Source of the DNA: Diadema antillarum
Lineage: Eukaryota
Reading direction: 5' to 3'
NCBI RefSeq assembly: GCF_040938485.1
Contig: NW_027271580.1
Span: forward strand, 868,001-932,000
Length of the DNA stretch: 64,000 nt
The notes under the pieces were generated by a model. That model saw only the letters and a list, made by a program, of their open reading frames with translations, did no database searches and was not told the origin of the DNA. The translations under genes were made by a program, and so were the position numbers. Shown here piece by piece: positions 62,123 to 64,000 of the stretch. The stretch's first letter is position 1. Each line of letters begins with the position of its first letter.

Positions 62123-63203
62123 CATGTGTGGCTTGCAGTAGAATTGAGACAACAACAGTCTTTATGAAAAAAACAAATTGAATTGAAATTCAGATTTCAA
62201 GAATGAATGATCCTACCCATGCCATTTTGCAGGTGGACAGTCATATTCAGATGGAAAGGTAAAAATATTTGATTTATGTTTGAAGGAATCTAGATTCTCC
62301 CTTCATTCTGACCAGTAAACTTACCATAGACTTCAAACGCATCATCATTGGATTAAACTCCAGATATCTCTAAAGTATATGTCTCACATTTCCATCCATA
62401 CACTCTCTTTTTCTTGTGCTAATATTCTTCTATAGCCCACCCAAAACTACTAACTGATGTAACTATGCTTTGTAACTGTTACTATTTCGCTTGAGATCAT
62501 GTATAGACATTGCACATGGTCACTTCAGCACTGAAGAATTATACATGCTTCACGCAACACTTCACATCAAGATTCTTCAGAAAACAGATCCTCACGTCCT
62601 CCATGCCTGTGAGCCATATGAAAGATTGAGTAGAGGAGGGGCTGAGGAAGACCTAACCCTGTCCGCGCCCACCCTCGTCATCAAAACTCATAGATCATTG
62701 TAAGGAGGGCGGCACAAGAGAGATGGAAGACGAAGGGGTTAAAGAGATGCGATGCACTCCCCACCTCATGTAACCGCTATAAACAGACCGCTATTGGTTG
62801 CCGGGGCATCTCTCATCGCAGGGGTCCCCCTCTCATCAACAAAATAGCTCCCGGGGTCTTCCGCGTCGATGCGGTGCTGGTGGTGGTGGATGAGTGGCCG
62901 AGTGATGGATGTGGCGGGTCCATTCAACATTCATCTCTCCTACCAGACTCAACATTGGTTGTGGAGGCCCAAGATGTGCCAAGAAGACCTCTTGATCTGC
63001 TGTAGAACCTGCTAATTGTTTCTGACATGCAGAGCGTTGCAGCATGAGATCTCTGCCAGCAGCAGTGGCTGGTGGAGAAGTGACTTTCTGGAGTAGATTT
63101 GTCTGTTCTCTCTCCTTCAAGGAGAAATTATCTTCTTCAACCAGAATTAATTGTTATAGAGACAATGTTTCAATCTGTTTCCAGATATAAGAGACATACT
63201 TAA

Positions 63204-63587
63204 CGGATGTGTACAGTTCTGGTTGAGGTGAGGATTTAGCTTGCAACATTTTGCGAGATATTCAGAAACCACTCTATGAGATGTCAAAGAGCATGCAATT
63301 CTAAGGGGTATCAAAAGTTTATTTGATAAAAATCGGTTTTGAAATGGCTGAGATATCCAAAATCAAGGTGAAACGAAGAGATCCTAATAAAAGGCGTGGC
63401 CTGTTGCCTTTTATTATTATCACTTTTTTGGATATCTCAGCCATTTGAAAACCAATTTTCATCAAATAAACATTGAATCCTTCTTAAAATGACATACTCT
63501 TTCATATTTCATGAGAGGTTTCTCATTATCTCACTTAGGAATGTTCAAAACATAAATCCCCACCTCAAGCAGTACTGTACAGTCCCA
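63204..63587 (-). mobile_element. Foldback TTAA MITE, copy 5, 384 bp
   Basis: TTAA|CGGATGTGTACAG ... TACTGTACAGTCCCA|TTAA; terminal bases mutated. Confidence 0.85.
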
Positions 63588-64000
63588 TTAAACTCTGATC
63601 GATGAAAGTAATGGAATGTTAAATTGCAGACAGAATAAATCCATTCTTAATATTTCATATTGTGAAATAAAGATCAGACTGTCAGGTGCATTTTGAGGGT
63701 AATATGTTGGATTTATCTCACTTAGTGGAGAATCACCGACTATTTCCCAGATCTAACACAGGTGGAAGCAAGTTCTTTTTAGCTGTCTGCTAACCTCACA
63801 CTGTACTTTGCGAAACTACTTTAAAGTTCTCTGTGCTTGTGTAGCCTTGATATTCTGCAAATAGGATTTGCTGACTTGCAAATGAAAAAAAAACACAACT
63901 GTTGAAATTAGCCATGGGCATTTATTTTTGTGAAAAGAAGTTATTTCACATTATCCAGCACCCTAGTAGAGTAGTTGGCCACCTCATAAACCATCACAAC

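Noticed and set aside
1-64000. tRNA/rRNA genes, SINEs, CRISPR arrays, prokaryotic operons
   Set aside because: No A/B-box cloverleaf, rRNA-like sequence or repeat-spacer array seen; the DNA is eukaryotic with spliced genes.

Overview
AT-rich, intron-containing animal genomic DNA; a sea-urchin-like echinoderm is my inference from gene structure and repeat types. There are three protein-coding loci. (1) A 3-exon minus-strand gene (CDS ~7202-4997, ~255 aa) whose C-terminal half looks like an RRM-type fold related to non-LTR retrotransposon ORF1p. (2) A complete 13-exon plus-strand transglutaminase (10557-26236, 740 aa, all GT-AG junctions in phase, catalytic Cys/His/Asp intact), head-to-head with gene 1. 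(3) The first coding exon of an F-spondin/SPON1-like gene (35136-35325); I could not find its second exon in the remaining ~28.7 kb. Introns and intergenic DNA carry many non-autonomous DNA transposons: a five-copy foldback TTAA MITE family, piggyBac-, Tc1/mariner-, Harbinger- and Helentron-like elements, and three CAG..CTG elements with apparent 6-bp TSDs. An uninterrupted 205-aa LTR-retrotransposon Gag ORF lies antisense in transglutaminase intron 8. Most ORF-track entries are spurious. Family assignments come from recognising motifs by eye, not from database searches.
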